From IMG/VR virus record IMGVR_UViG_3300037247_001314, positions 42,805 through 106,804 of that record: a stretch of DNA of 64,000 bases. One strand, 5' to 3'. The position numbers were made by a program, and so were the translations under genes. Positions 28,220-37,543 of this stretch are shown piece after piece. The stretch's first letter is position 1, and each line of letters starts with the position of its first letter. Below the pieces are notes generated by a model. The model worked only from the letters and a program-made list of their open reading frames with translations. It was not told the DNA's origin and did no database searches. Origin of the DNA: a virus.

Positions 28220-28552
28220 TTATTCACATTTCCGTGAAAGCAGCCGCAGCTGCAACGAACAATCTTGAAGAGCGGCGTGCGACTGTCGGTCCCAATAGTC
28301 GCAGCGAGCCATGAGCCGCTGGCCATAGTCCAGACAGTAGTCGGTGAGCTCTCCCTCCACCGAAGATATTTGCACATCGAGAGTCGTGGCGGCGCGTGCA
28401 TCCGCTAAGGCCTGGTTAGCCTCCCTGAGTTCGGTGCGCAGATGCATCGAAAGCAGCACGCCTACAAACGTCAAAGCCACGAAAGCAAAGGTAACCCCGC
28501 GCGGGATCGGGGCAGGCTTAAGCATTTTTGAGCGCTGCATCTGCGAGGGCAT
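28220..28552 (-). CDS. Membrane-anchored Cys-containing protein
   Basis: N-terminal TM helix, coiled coil, four Cys. Confidence 0.55.
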   Translation of the reverse strand: MPSQMQRSKMLKPAPIPRGVTFAFVALTFVGVLLSMHLRTELREANQALADARAATTLDVQISSVEGELTDYCLDYGQRLMARCDYWDRQSHAALQDCSLQLRLLSRKCE

Positions 28553-29021
28553 GTGCGCCCTCTAAGGTTTCGGTAGCGCCGATGGTCTGGAGCGCGACGC
28601 GCATCCGGCCGACGCTGATGATGGTCGTACGACCAACCTCGCTGTCGAGGAAGATAGCGGCAGCAAACTCTGGTTTGCCGCGTTTAGCCACCTCCGCTTC
28701 CAGCTCTACCACCCTCTCGCGAAGATGTTGGAGGGTCTGTCTCTCGCTGTCGTCGTGACTCGTCATCTTTTCCTCTGCTTTCGTAGGCGCGCTCTTTAGC
28801 GGACGGAGAGCGAAGAGTTCTTTTTCAAGTTCCCCGATGCGGTCGAGCAGCCCCCGCTCGTACTCATCTTCTTCTTTGGCTGCAGCCGCATCCGTATTGT
28901 CGCGGGCTGCGTACACCTCGTCTAGCTCCGCCTCTGCGTCAGCCAGTGCTTCCAGAAGAGATTGGTTTGTCCCCGTCTGGACCTGAGCGAGGCGAAGGTG
29001 TCGACGAAGCCAAGGGATCAT
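28518..29021 (-). CDS. Coiled-coil hypothetical protein
   Basis: AGGAG SD. Confidence 0.55.
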   Translation of the reverse strand: MIPWLRRHLRLAQVQTGTNQSLLEALADAEAELDEVYAARDNTDAAAAKEEDEYERGLLDRIGELEKELFALRPLKSAPTKAEEKMTSHDDSERQTLQHLRERVVELEAEVAKRGKPEFAAAIFLDSEVGRTTIISVGRMRVALQTIGATETLEGAHALADAALKNA

Positions 29022-29388
29022 CTGTGGCTCCTTGAGCTACTTTGGATGCGAGGAGCACTCGCCCCTTGAGCAGTTGATACTGCTCGAAAGAAATCGCCCG
29101 AGCGCGTCGGGCTGTGACGATGATACCCTTGACGCGGCCTTGCTCAAATGCACGACGCTGCGCAACTTCCGACTTCTGCCCCAGGAGAGCAGCAGCCATG
29201 TCGTGCGAGATGTCAGGGGGGATAGGGACGGCGAGTTCGTGGGTCAACACTTGGATTTTCTTGATAGCCTCGTCGAGAACTTCAGCCATGCGCGCATCAA
29301 ACTTCCCGTCTGGAAACGCTGGCAAGTCCCCTTTGCTCGTGGGAGTCGGCTTCGCCTTTGCAGCGCTCTTCTTCTTACGTGCAGCCAT
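28939..29388 (-). CDS. Hypothetical protein with basic N-terminus
   Basis: MAARKKKSAAKAK. Confidence 0.55.
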   Translation of the reverse strand: MAARKKKSAAKAKPTPTSKGDLPAFPDGKFDARMAEVLDEAIKKIQVLTHELAVPIPPDISHDMAAALLGQKSEVAQRRAFEQGRVKGIIVTARRARAISFEQYQLLKGRVLLASKVAQGATDDPLASSTPSPRSGPDGDKPISSGSTG

Positions 29389-29390
29389 GG

Positions 29391-29720
29391 CTATCCCGGA
29401 ATGATGATGGGTACGTGAGCGTCCTGCGTCTTGGCGACGAGAGAGGCCAACACTCGAAGATGCAGCTCCTCAGCCAAAGCAGTGGGGATGTTTCGCGTCC
29501 GCTGCAGAGCAGCGACTGTTCCCTGGGCGCTGCCGGCAGCCATGAGAAACGCTTGCGTCAAGCGCTGAGCCTTTTCTGCAGAGCCAGGCTGATTCGGGTC
29601 GATGGCCTCAATCTCCGCGCGCTTGAGCGAGATCGCGTCCACCATTTCCAAAAGCCAGTTCTTGCACTCTTCCTCGCTTTCGAGAAACCAGCCTATTTCT
29701 TGGGAAAGTTGAGCAAACAT
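29391..29720 (-). CDS. Hypothetical protein
   Basis: AGGGG SD. Confidence 0.55.
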   Translation of the reverse strand: MFAQLSQEIGWFLESEEECKNWLLEMVDAISLKRAEIEAIDPNQPGSAEKAQRLTQAFLMAAGSAQGTVAALQRTRNIPTALAEELHLRVLASLVAKTQDAHVPIIIPG

Positions 29721-29729
29721 AAAAACCCC

Positions 29730-29978
29730 TTAATGCATTTTGTCTGGAGCGAACTGTCCTGCAGCTTCCGCTTCCAGAAGGTCCGCTATCTGTCGCAGCA
29801 ACGCCCACGGTCCGAGTACGTGCTGCGAACGTTTCGCCGTGCCTTTGACGCCGTGCACAGTGTACTTCGCCTTGATTTCGAAAGAACCCGGCACGGAATC
29901 CGCATTCGGGTCAGCCCGTCGAAAATCCAGCTCATTGAAGACGCTGAAATCATCCAACGTGATGGTGTCGCCCGCCAT
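29730..29978 (-). CDS. Hypothetical protein
   Basis: Short ORF in gene run. Confidence 0.5.
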   Translation of the reverse strand: MAGDTITLDDFSVFNELDFRRADPNADSVPGSFEIKAKYTVHGVKGTAKRSQHVLGPWALLRQIADLLEAEAAGQFAPDKMH

Positions 29979-29981
29979 TGT

Positions 29982-30806
29982 TCAGCCCGTCGCCAGCAGC
30001 TCGTTGATGGCGCCACGGCCAGCGCCGTCGCAGCTGATGGAGTGCTGCGTGGCGAGTGTCTGGACTTCGGCTTCGGGCCAAAGAAATGACATGAGCGGCC
30101 CGAGTTCGTCGGCCGTGCTGTTGGAGTAGATGACAAACGCGCCAGCGTTACGCCACTTCCAAATCTGACAGAGAAGCTCGACGTGGTCGGCGTGCGTGAA
30201 ACCATCAGCGGAGTACCCGTCAAAAGTTCCGTAATAGGGTGGGTCGACGTAGACGACGGCGCCAGGAGCGACGACGAGGTCAGTGTACGGCTCGTATCGA
30301 AGTTCTACGTATTGCAGAGTCTCGTGCCAAGCTTTGATGTTCCCCTCGTCGAGGATTGTAGCCTTCGCGTACTTTCCCCACGACGAGTTGAGTTCACCCT
30401 TTCGATTCAGACGCCACAGCCCGTTGAACGCCGTCTGCTTCAGAAACACGAAGCGCGCAGGCGTGCGTTCACCTTGGTTCCAGAGGTCGCGTTGCTCGTA
30501 ATAAAGCCGCTCAGCGTCACGCTGCGGATGGTGATACTTGCGCTGAAAATAAAGCAGATTGGCGAGGAGTTCTTCCATCCGTTTTGGATCCTGCACCGCG
30601 AAGTACAAATCCATAAGTCCGTCGTTAATGTCACCAAGCGAAACGCGGGCGCACTCGTTGAGGTCCTCGTTGGCAATGAGTTCGCAGAAAACTGCCGCAC
30701 CGCCAGCAAAAGGCTCATGGTACTCGGTCATCACGACGGGCACATGCTCGGTGATGACGGGGGCCAAGCGAGTCTTGCCCCCCACATATTTTATCAATGG
30801 CTTCAC
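29982..30806 (-). CDS. dam: Dam-family (D12 class) N6-adenine DNA methyltransferase
   Basis: KYVGGK, EPFAGGAAVF, FNGLWRLNRKG, YVDPPY. Confidence 0.9.
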   Translation of the reverse strand: MKPLIKYVGGKTRLAPVITEHVPVVMTEYHEPFAGGAAVFCELIANEDLNECARVSLGDINDGLMDLYFAVQDPKRMEELLANLLYFQRKYHHPQRDAERLYYEQRDLWNQGERTPARFVFLKQTAFNGLWRLNRKGELNSSWGKYAKATILDEGNIKAWHETLQYVELRYEPYTDLVVAPGAVVYVDPPYYGTFDGYSADGFTHADHVELLCQIWKWRNAGAFVIYSNSTADELGPLMSFLWPEAEVQTLATQHSISCDGAGRGAINELLATG

Positions 30807-30952
30807 GATCGATCCTCCACATACCCACAACAGCTACAAACCCACTTCACCGTCGACGTGCGAACAAGCGACTCCTCATCACAGCTAGGACACGTCCTGA
30901 CGTCAGGAGACTGTTTGTCGGGTGTTTTCCTCGTCTGGAAACGGTGCGGCAT
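30803..30952 (-). CDS. Small zinc-ribbon protein
   Basis: GGAGG SD; CPSC...WVCSCCG. Confidence 0.55.
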   Translation of the reverse strand: MPHRFQTRKTPDKQSPDVRTCPSCDEESLVRTSTVKWVCSCCGYVEDRS

Positions 30953-31961
30953 AGTCCTCCTCCTCAACCTCAAGTAGGTACAGTCGATCGGCTGGGGTCG
31001 ACGAGCGCAGGAGCCTAAAAGCAAGTGCCTGGAGCTCGTCGCTCTTTTCGAGAGCCTCTACCCAATCAGACCTAATGGCCGCAAAACCGTGGAAGGCCCC
31101 AGCGAGCGCGCCTGCAATGGACGCGATGCTGTCGCTGTCTCCGGGGCTGGTCGCAGCCGTAAGCACCACATCCTCGTGGCCAGCGTCGACCTCGCGAAGG
31201 AAGACGAAGAGCGCGGCGGCGATGGCCTCATGGCCAGCCCACCCACGCCACATATCGAGCATGTCGTCGGTCTCGCAAAACTTGTCCGACGCTGACGCCT
31301 CAGCCTGCACGAGCATATCCCCGGTAGCCTGGTCGTACTTGTAGGCCGCGTCCTGCATAAACGACGCGATGCGTGCAGGGTCGTAATCGCGCAGAGCAGC
31401 CCATACACCCACAGCAAGCGCAGCACTGGCCGCCATGGCCAGCGGAGCCCCGTGCGTGAGTCGGCTATGCTCGGCCGCTGTCGTCATCGCGCGCTCTCGG
31501 TCCTCAAAGTAGAAGAGCCCATACGGGTGCGAGCGCATGACGCTGCCACAACCTCCAGCCCCTTCATTGTTGACGGGCCCGCCAGCTTCTCGCCACGGAA
31601 CTTTGCCCGACGCGAGCTTTGCGCAACCAGCCATACACGCAGCGCCCGGCGCGCGATTGTTCTCGGCGCTCCTGTACCAAGCAATGAAGTCTTCCGCTAT
31701 CTCGCTAGCGGCAGCGTCGAGCGAAGCACTTCGCCCCGCTCGGATGAGCCCTTCACTGACTGCGCGAGCCATCTGTGTGTCGTCGCTGTAAAACGCAACA
31801 CGTTCGCCGTTAAGCTCACGCCGGCAAAGGTGCAAGCCATCAGGAAATCGACGACGGATGTCCGCCATCGAGCAAAACTCAACTTCATAGCCAAGCGCGT
31901 CCCCGATGGCAGCCCCTGCGATACACCCCTTGAACTTGTCTCTCAGATCGATTGTAGGCAT
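30903..31961 (-). CDS. ADP-ribosylglycohydrolase (DraG/ARH family)
   Basis: GAAIGDALG, YSDDTQM, GCGSVMR, LTH, GDSDSIASIAGALAGA. Confidence 0.92.
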   Translation of the reverse strand: MPTIDLRDKFKGCIAGAAIGDALGYEVEFCSMADIRRRFPDGLHLCRRELNGERVAFYSDDTQMARAVSEGLIRAGRSASLDAAASEIAEDFIAWYRSAENNRAPGAACMAGCAKLASGKVPWREAGGPVNNEGAGGCGSVMRSHPYGLFYFEDRERAMTTAAEHSRLTHGAPLAMAASAALAVGVWAALRDYDPARIASFMQDAAYKYDQATGDMLVQAEASASDKFCETDDMLDMWRGWAGHEAIAAALFVFLREVDAGHEDVVLTAATSPGDSDSIASIAGALAGAFHGFAAIRSDWVEALEKSDELQALAFRLLRSSTPADRLYLLEVEEEDYAAPFPDEENTRQTVS

Positions 31962-31987
31962 AAGGCCCTCCTTTGTGTCTGGAAACT

Positions 31988-32026
31988 AGCGTAGGGCAGT
32001 ATGCCCGCTCTGTCAAGACAAATGTC
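31988..32026 (-). promoter_or_regulatory. Sigma70-type promoter with the operator inverted (class A), upstream of ARH
   Basis: GACATTTGTC-TTGACA-gagcgggcatactgccc-TACGCT. Confidence 0.75.
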
Positions 32027-32040
32027 GTGGGGCGGATCTA

Positions 32041-33012
32041 CTACTGAGGCATCGCTGGCGGAGGGTATCCAGGAGCGGGAGCCATGGGTGGTTGCTGCAT
32101 GGGCTGCGGCATCCCGGGCTGCTGTTGAGGCATGGGTTGGGGCGCCATTCCTGGCTGCGGAACCATTCCAGGTTGGGGAGGCATTCCCGGCTGAGGCGGC
32201 ATACCCGGTTGAGGAGGCATGCCAGGCTGAGGAACCATGCCCGGTTGCGGCGCCATGGGCGGCTGTGGGTAGCCAGGAGCGGCTGGCACAGGACCTGGAA
32301 CCCCAGGCGCGGGAGCGCCCGGCATTGGCGGCGCAGGATAACCTGCAGCCTGCGGAGGAGCCCCGGGTTGGGGTTGCCCCTGTGGGACAGGAGCAGCGGG
32401 GGCAGCTGCTACTGCGGGCTGCCCTCCCTGCATAGCGAGCAGCTGGTTGATTCCGTCACGAATCTCCGTGAGCAGCTGGAGGGCTTGGGCTTCCATTTCT
32501 TTCTCCGTCCACCAGGGTACTTCCTCATCGCTGAGCAGTGCCGTGGCTTCTTCTTCTGTTGGGGGTTCAGTCTCGACGACAGATGCGTCGGCGAGCTCCT
32601 GGTGAACCGGAGCACCCGGTTCGGGAGGTGGTGGTGGCGGTGCTGTTGTCTGGACAGCGGGCTGCTCTGACTGGCAACACCAGTTGCCGGTCGCGTCACG
32701 CGTCGCCGCAAACATGCCCGTGCCTGTGCGCGAGATGAGACCGTCGGCTTCCAACTTTTCGAGGACCTTGGCCGCGTCCACTTGGATCGCACTAACGAGT
32801 TCCTCCGCCTCGCCTAGAGTAATGCCGGTGTGCGCACGCGTGGAACACACAACCGAGAGGATGGAGCTCTTAGCTTGGCCCAACGGAGTTAGTCGCTCGT
32901 CGACAGGCTCCGCAGGGGCCTTCTTAGCTGTGGCCTTTTTCTTTTGGGTACCGGTCTTCTTTGCTCCCGCTTTCTTGGCGGTAGCCTTCTTTTTAGTGCT
33001 GCGAGTAGCCAT
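32041..33012 (-). CDS. Protein with Lys/Ala-rich tail, wHTH and Pro/Gln/Met low-complexity C-terminus
   Basis: KKKATAKK repeats; [18 protein letters not shown] wHTH; (PQPGMx)n tail; possible internal start MEAQAL. Confidence 0.7.
   Translation of the reverse strand: MATRSTKKKATAKKAGAKKTGTQKKKATAKKAPAEPVDERLTPLGQAKSSILSVVCSTRAHTGITLGEAEELVSAIQVDAAKVLEKLEADGLISRTGTGMFAATRDATGNWCCQSEQPAVQTTAPPPPPPEPGAPVHQELADASVVETEPPTEEEATALLSDEEVPWWTEKEMEAQALQLLTEIRDGINQLLAMQGGQPAVAAAPAAPVPQGQPQPGAPPQAAGYPAPPMPGAPAPGVPGPVPAAPGYPQPPMAPQPGMVPQPGMPPQPGMPPQPGMPPQPGMVPQPGMAPQPMPQQQPGMPQPMQQPPMAPAPGYPPPAMPQ
32140..32255 (-). repeat. 18-bp coding tandem repeat (PQPGM[VPA], about 6 copies)
   Basis: [37 protein letters not shown]. 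Confidence 0.8.
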
Positions 33013-33057
33013 TCGAGCCTCCTACCTTAGACAACACTGGAGTTGTCTGGAGTGCAA
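33013..33057 (-). promoter_or_regulatory. Class B upstream element
   Basis: GTTGCACTCCAGACAACTCCAGTGTTGTCTAAGGTAGGAGG; contains inverted repeat AGACAAC-N6-GTTGTCT. Confidence 0.65.
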
Positions 33058-33058
33058 C

Positions 33059-33093
33059 AAAAAAAGGACACCAAACTAACGGTGTCCTTTTTT
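33059..33093. terminator. Bidirectional-looking intrinsic terminator
   Basis: AAAAAAGGACACC-aaactaac-GGTGTCCTTTTTT. Confidence 0.8.
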
Positions 33094-33110
33094 CTTGGGT
33101 TTTCTGGGAT

Positions 33111-33506
33111 TCAGACGTCCAGGTCTTCGGCCGCATCTTCGTCGTATTCCGACAAAGGTTCCACTTCAACCGCCGGGGGAGGGGCGGGCTTGACCATCAC
33201 CTCAGCCGCCCAGCTCGCGAGCATCGCGGCCGTGTCGTGGGTAATCACCGCGATAGCGTATTGTTTGCCCTGGAAGCGTTCTAGGATGAGTAGACCGATC
33301 TGCTCGCTGACCTTGTCCTTAGCGTGGCCATTATCGAGAAGCGCTACCCGGAGCGCCATATCGATGCCTTCAGGATTTTTGCACTTGGCGACAACCAGAT
33401 TCGCGTCGTCTTTGTGCGGTTGCATGCGCAGCGTCGGGAACCCCGCAAACTGCATATAGACCCGAGAAGGCTTGAGAGTCGGAACTGTGATTTCTTCTTC
33501 GTCCAT
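33111..33506 (-). CDS. Hypothetical protein
   Basis: Has its own promoter and terminator; GGGAG SD. Confidence 0.65.
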   Translation of the reverse strand: MDEEEITVPTLKPSRVYMQFAGFPTLRMQPHKDDANLVVAKCKNPEGIDMALRVALLDNGHAKDKVSEQIGLLILERFQGKQYAIAVITHDTAAMLASWAAEVMVKPAPPPAVEVEPLSEYDEDAAEDLDV

Positions 33507-33547
33507 GGTGTTCTCCCTTGTCGCTCTTATGTGAGCGGGTTGGGCCC

Positions 33548-33576
33548 AGCATAGTTGTCGGGCATATTGCCGTCAA
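33548..33576 (-). promoter_or_regulatory. Sigma70-type promoter with shared operator (class A)
   Basis: TTGACG-gcaatatgcccgacaac-TATGCT. Confidence 0.75.
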
Positions 33577-33591
33577 GTGTTTTGTCTGGTT

Positions 33592-34383
33592 TTATTCGGT
33601 TTCCAAACTCATCTCGGGATCGAACTCGACCGGAGACAGGCAGCTCTCAGAGTCTTCGTCGTAGTAGCGGCGTGCTTCCATATCCTCAAACTCGACGTCG
33701 CTGTTGTCGTCGTCGAGAAATGCGTACGAAGACATCACCTCAAATGGAAATAGCGGACCGGGGTCGTGCTTGCGGTTAGGGGAAATATCGCTGTGCCTCA
33801 ACACTCGGTCAGCGTCGAGCTCTGGGCAGAGCCCAGCGAGGACCTGCAACACCTGCATGTTGGAGCTACGCAACGCAGTCGGAAACGGCTCCCACCAGCG
33901 TTCTACACCGTCGTGCCCGACAGCTAGCTGAGGTCGCAGTAATTTCTTGGGGTACCGTCTACCCTTCGACCACTTCTTAGTGACCGGGTTCTTCCTCGGA
34001 ACATAGAAGTCTGTCCCGTCTTTGATGAGCCAGCCGTAGTTGCTGTTTTCAATGCCGACGGTGAACTCGTTTATCTCAACGTGGGCGTCAATACCTGACC
34101 ACCGCCCTCGATTGCGCCCGCCCGCGTGCAAACAAACGGAGTCAAACGGAGCCTGCTGGAGGACGTGGCCGTCTCGACAGACGGTGAGGTGCGCGTAATA
34201 TTTTGGGGGAGGCACCACCTTGCCCTTCACCCGGGTGAGGCCGGCAACCCATCGCGCGAGCGCGCGACCGGAACCACCAGCAGTGTAGTGCTGCACGACG
34301 CCAGAAATCGGGAGGCTGCGATGCTCGCGGTGAATCCGTGCAGCCTGGAGCCACTCCCAATCAGTGTGTGCTGCTTTCCCCAT
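33592..34383 (-). CDS. N-acetylmuramoyl-L-alanine amidase (Amidase_2/AmpD-like), probable endolysin
   Basis: VVQHYTAG, AHLTVCRDG, LHAG, TVGIE, RHSDISPNRKHDPGPLF. Confidence 0.85.
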   Translation of the reverse strand: MGKAAHTDWEWLQAARIHREHRSLPISGVVQHYTAGGSGRALARWVAGLTRVKGKVVPPPKYYAHLTVCRDGHVLQQAPFDSVCLHAGGRNRGRWSGIDAHVEINEFTVGIENSNYGWLIKDGTDFYVPRKNPVTKKWSKGRRYPKKLLRPQLAVGHDGVERWWEPFPTALRSSNMQVLQVLAGLCPELDADRVLRHSDISPNRKHDPGPLFPFEVMSSYAFLDDDNSDVEFEDMEARRYYDEDSESCLSPVEFDPEMSLETE

Positions 34384-34386
34384 AGC

Positions 34387-35484
34387 TCAACCCTCCACTT
34401 GAATGAGAGGCCACACAGCCTCGACGAAACGATCGCCCTCCAAACGAAGAGGGTCCGTCGGCGTGGAATAGCACAGCGTAATGGTGTCATCCGTCATATT
34501 GTGCAACGCCTCCCAAAGGAGCTTACCTCTGTAACGCGTAACGACAAGCGGGCCTGTTGCGTCGAAAGGGAGCGACTGCGCGTACTTCACCTCGCCGTCG
34601 GCCTCGATGCCTTGGATGCTAATCAACCCTTCCCCAAAGCGGAGTTCTACCTGCTGAGACATCACCGAGTTCTGCGCGTGCTTCACCGCCTCCTTAAAAT
34701 GAACACGGTCAACGGTAGCGCGCAGCCCGAGGTGGGCGTCTGGAAGCATCGCCGAGAGATTGAAATATTCTTCAACGTCCAGACACCTCGCGAAGCGGAG
34801 CTCGTCATTGACCCAGAAAAACGCGTGGTCTTCCTGCCAGCCCACCGCCATACCCAGCGGCGCCTTCTTTTTGAGAGGCCACTGGTCGAATAACTTCGCG
34901 GGCACCAGCCTGGATTCGTGCGTGAGCGCCAGCGACGTGCGAGCTATGCGGTTCTGGTCGGTAGCCTCAGTCCACTTCGGATGGAAGTGCACCCCCATGA
35001 GCGCAGGCCTTTCACGGCCGTCTTTAGTGTCCTTCTGCGCAGCGTGAAGAACGCATTTGATGTGGGGCCAACCATCGAAACGATGGAGTTCTGTAGGAAA
35101 ACCGGGGAACGGGGGAAACTCCGAGCCGTCCTGGCAAGGGATTACAAACTTGTGGCCAGACTGCAAATCAATGCGGGCGGTCTGGACGCCGGTGACCTCG
35201 ACGGTGAACTTGATGCCCTGTTTCGTCCCCTTGAACGCAGTGACCACAGCTGCAGCCTGCATCGTAAGATCCGGCACGGGGTCTATGGGGTCGACGACGA
35301 TGAAGACGCCGATGCTCCCATCTGTGGCCGTCACGTAGCCGGGGAAAGCCGGCCACCAGGCACCGCCCTCGTCCTGTGTTAGGTCGACCGGAGGCACGCA
35401 ACGTATGCAGTTGAGCGCCCGGCCAGCAGGGTCCTTCGCCGCAAACTTCGCGGCACGAAGTAAAGCATCACGTAATCGCATCAT
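34387..35484 (-). CDS. Beta sliding-clamp-like protein
   Basis: ATDG, RPALMGVHF...ATDQNRIA, GKLLWEAL...PLRL...WPL; about 365 aa. Confidence 0.75.
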   Translation of the reverse strand: MMRLRDALLRAAKFAAKDPAGRALNCIRCVPPVDLTQDEGGAWWPAFPGYVTATDGSIGVFIVVDPIDPVPDLTMQAAAVVTAFKGTKQGIKFTVEVTGVQTARIDLQSGHKFVIPCQDGSEFPPFPGFPTELHRFDGWPHIKCVLHAAQKDTKDGRERPALMGVHFHPKWTEATDQNRIARTSLALTHESRLVPAKLFDQWPLKKKAPLGMAVGWQEDHAFFWVNDELRFARCLDVEEYFNLSAMLPDAHLGLRATVDRVHFKEAVKHAQNSVMSQQVELRFGEGLISIQGIEADGEVKYAQSLPFDATGPLVVTRYRGKLLWEALHNMTDDTITLCYSTPTDPLRLEGDRFVEAVWPLIQVEG

Positions 35485-36268
35485 CGCCTCCCAAGGTTTT
35501 CGCTCGTCGTTGTTTAAGGATCGCCAGCGCGGCAGAGCGCACCTCGTCCGTGGAGAGTTTTGGTTTCTCCAACCCAACAGGCCCGCCGAGGGTCCCCATA
35601 GCGTGACCTGCGGCGGCGCCCGCGCCGTAACCCGGTGTGGCCGTGACCTGCAGAATAGCCTCAGCCATCTCCTCGCGGACTTTCACGAGTTTGAGCAGCG
35701 CGTCGACAGCCTTGTCCCCAGACACACCAAGAAACGGATCGAAATGCTGGTGACGAGTCATACCGCAAACCGCGCACACCTCGACGACAGTGTCACGCCG
35801 ACCCGGAAGGTTGACAATATCGCCAGGTTCCCAATCGTGGTCGAGGGGAATGAGCCGCCTGAAAAGATGGGCCTGGATTTTCTCCATCTGCTCGATGATC
35901 GCTATCTTTCCCTTGATGAGCTTGTTGCCAAGTTTTGTCTCTATCTGGATGCGCCATCGGTCGAGGAGTTCACGACGACGTGGCCCCCAGTTGTCCTTGA
36001 CGCTCCACTTCTCGAACGTCGACAACGGGATTGATTGGAACAACGGATCCTTGTTGAGTTCCGCAACTGAAATCCCATTAAGGTCGGTCGTATACTGCAG
36101 TCCCGCCGTGTATTGCAGAAAACGGCGACTAGCATCCGAGCCCTCAGGCACGTCGACATAAACCACTTCGGGGGCAAGAATGCGCACTGCTCGCTTTTTC
36201 TTTTTCGCGGGCGCTTTGCGTCTGGCCACCGCTTTCTTTCTTGTAGGAGCTTTCCTCTTCGACGCCAT
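35468..36268 (-). CDS. Hypothetical protein with basic N-terminus and HTH-like segment (possibly terminase-small-like)
   Basis: ISVAEL...IPLSTFEKWSVKDNW..RR. Confidence 0.5.
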   Translation of the reverse strand: MASKRKAPTRKKAVARRKAPAKKKKRAVRILAPEVVYVDVPEGSDASRRFLQYTAGLQYTTDLNGISVAELNKDPLFQSIPLSTFEKWSVKDNWGPRRRELLDRWRIQIETKLGNKLIKGKIAIIEQMEKIQAHLFRRLIPLDHDWEPGDIVNLPGRRDTVVEVCAVCGMTRHQHFDPFLGVSGDKAVDALLKLVKVREEMAEAILQVTATPGYGAGAAAGHAMGTLGGPVGLEKPKLSTDEVRSAALAILKQRRAKTLGGDDAIT

Positions 36269-36567
36269 CAGATGCAGCCTGCCCCTTCACAACGCTTGCG
36301 ATACTCGCGCAGGGCAATGCCGATTAGCTGGCCGACATGCTCTTTGATCCAGAAGTGCGACTCCTTGAAGAACTTGCCGCGCTTCTGGTCGTCCTCAAGA
36401 TCGTCTGGAACATGGAAGATGACTTCGGGAACGAGATTGCCGCCCTTGTTAGGAACGAGCTTGAGCTCCACCCATTTGAGTTCGAGTCCGAGGGATACCG
36501 CGACGCGCATGCGGCACGCGCTCAACGTTTCGAAGCGGATGGAGTCTTGGTTAAGAAGGATAATCAT
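36268..36567 (-). CDS. Hypothetical protein
   Basis: AGGAG SD. Confidence 0.6.
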   Translation of the reverse strand: MIILLNQDSIRFETLSACRMRVAVSLGLELKWVELKLVPNKGGNLVPEVIFHVPDDLEDDQKRGKFFKESHFWIKEHVGQLIGIALREYRKRCEGAGCI

Positions 36568-36576
36568 AATACTCTC

Positions 36577-36840
36577 CTAAATGAGTTGGGGCACACCGTC
36601 GCCGGTGCGATAGGTCCAACCCTCAACTTTCCAGGTACGGTAAACGACCTCCATATGGATGCCATACTCACCCTCGGGCGTCGGGATTTCGCGCGTCCTA
36701 ACCTTGCCCTTCTCATCGACATCCACAGTACACACCTCGTGCGTGCTGTCATCCAGCCAGATACAGCGTGGGACCTCGTCGCCGTTGCGGTCGTAGACCT
36801 TCGTCGTGCAAAAGTCCGGATGCTCGCTATCGATTCGCAT
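36577..36840 (-). CDS. Hypothetical protein
   Basis: Coupled ORF. Confidence 0.55.
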   Translation of the reverse strand: MRIDSEHPDFCTTKVYDRNGDEVPRCIWLDDSTHEVCTVDVDEKGKVRTREIPTPEGEYGIHMEVVYRTWKVEGWTYRTGDGVPQLI

Positions 36841-37543
36841 TCTTCTCGTTTCGCTTGCGCTGGGTCTGGACATCTCGCTCAGTCGCGGTCTTCTTGTCGG
36901 AGCATGCGCGGCACATCACCTGAAGGTTAGCGAGTTCGCAGAACATCGACGCGACGACGAGGTCCCACGACACGAAGCCGACAGCAGGGTCAATGATGGG
37001 AACGATGTGGTCGACGATGACATTGTTGATTCGCTTCTTCTTGGACTTGTGTCCCGGTGGGGTAGGGATCGACGACGTCACCACCTTGTTGCATGTAGAG
37101 CAGAGGTACATTCCTCGGCTCACCTTGGCGTTGCGCTTAGCCTGTTGAATCGGTGCCCACTTCATTGACGCCTGCCTCAACGCGCTCTTGATAAAACTCC
37201 TGTAGCGCGCCTCTGTCCAGACGTTGCCGCACCTCGTGAGCGGCACTCCGCCCTTACTGAACGGGACATTGCTAGTCGTTCTCAGGCTGAGCGGGATCGG
37301 GGCCGGCGCTGGTGTCGATACGGGAAGCACCAACTGCAGCGGGGGTGCCGGGCTCGGTGACTTCCGCACTGTCCTCTTCCGCGAAGTCGCCGCTGATGTC
37401 CGGGAGTGCGCCCGCGAAAGGGTCGAGGCGAGGTGCAGCATCACCGCTCGCTTCTTCTTTCGCTTCAAGTTCGCGAACGGCTTCAGCGTTAGAGGTCTTG
37501 GCTCGGTTGACAAGGGCCGCAGCGAGCTTCTCGGGGTCGGCAT
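36827..37543 (-). CDS. HNH endonuclease (start uncertain)
   Basis: YLCSTC...VDHIVPI...NLQVMCRACSDKKT. Confidence 0.8.
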   Translation of the reverse strand: MPTPRSSLRPLSTEPRPLTLKPFANLKRKKKRAVMLHLASTLSRAHSRTSAATSRKRTVRKSPSPAPPLQLVLPVSTPAPAPIPLSLRTTSNVPFSKGGVPLTRCGNVWTEARYRSFIKSALRQASMKWAPIQQAKRNAKVSRGMYLCSTCNKVVTSSIPTPPGHKSKKKRINNVIVDHIVPIIDPAVGFVSWDLVVASMFCELANLQVMCRACSDKKTATERDVQTQRKRNEKNANR

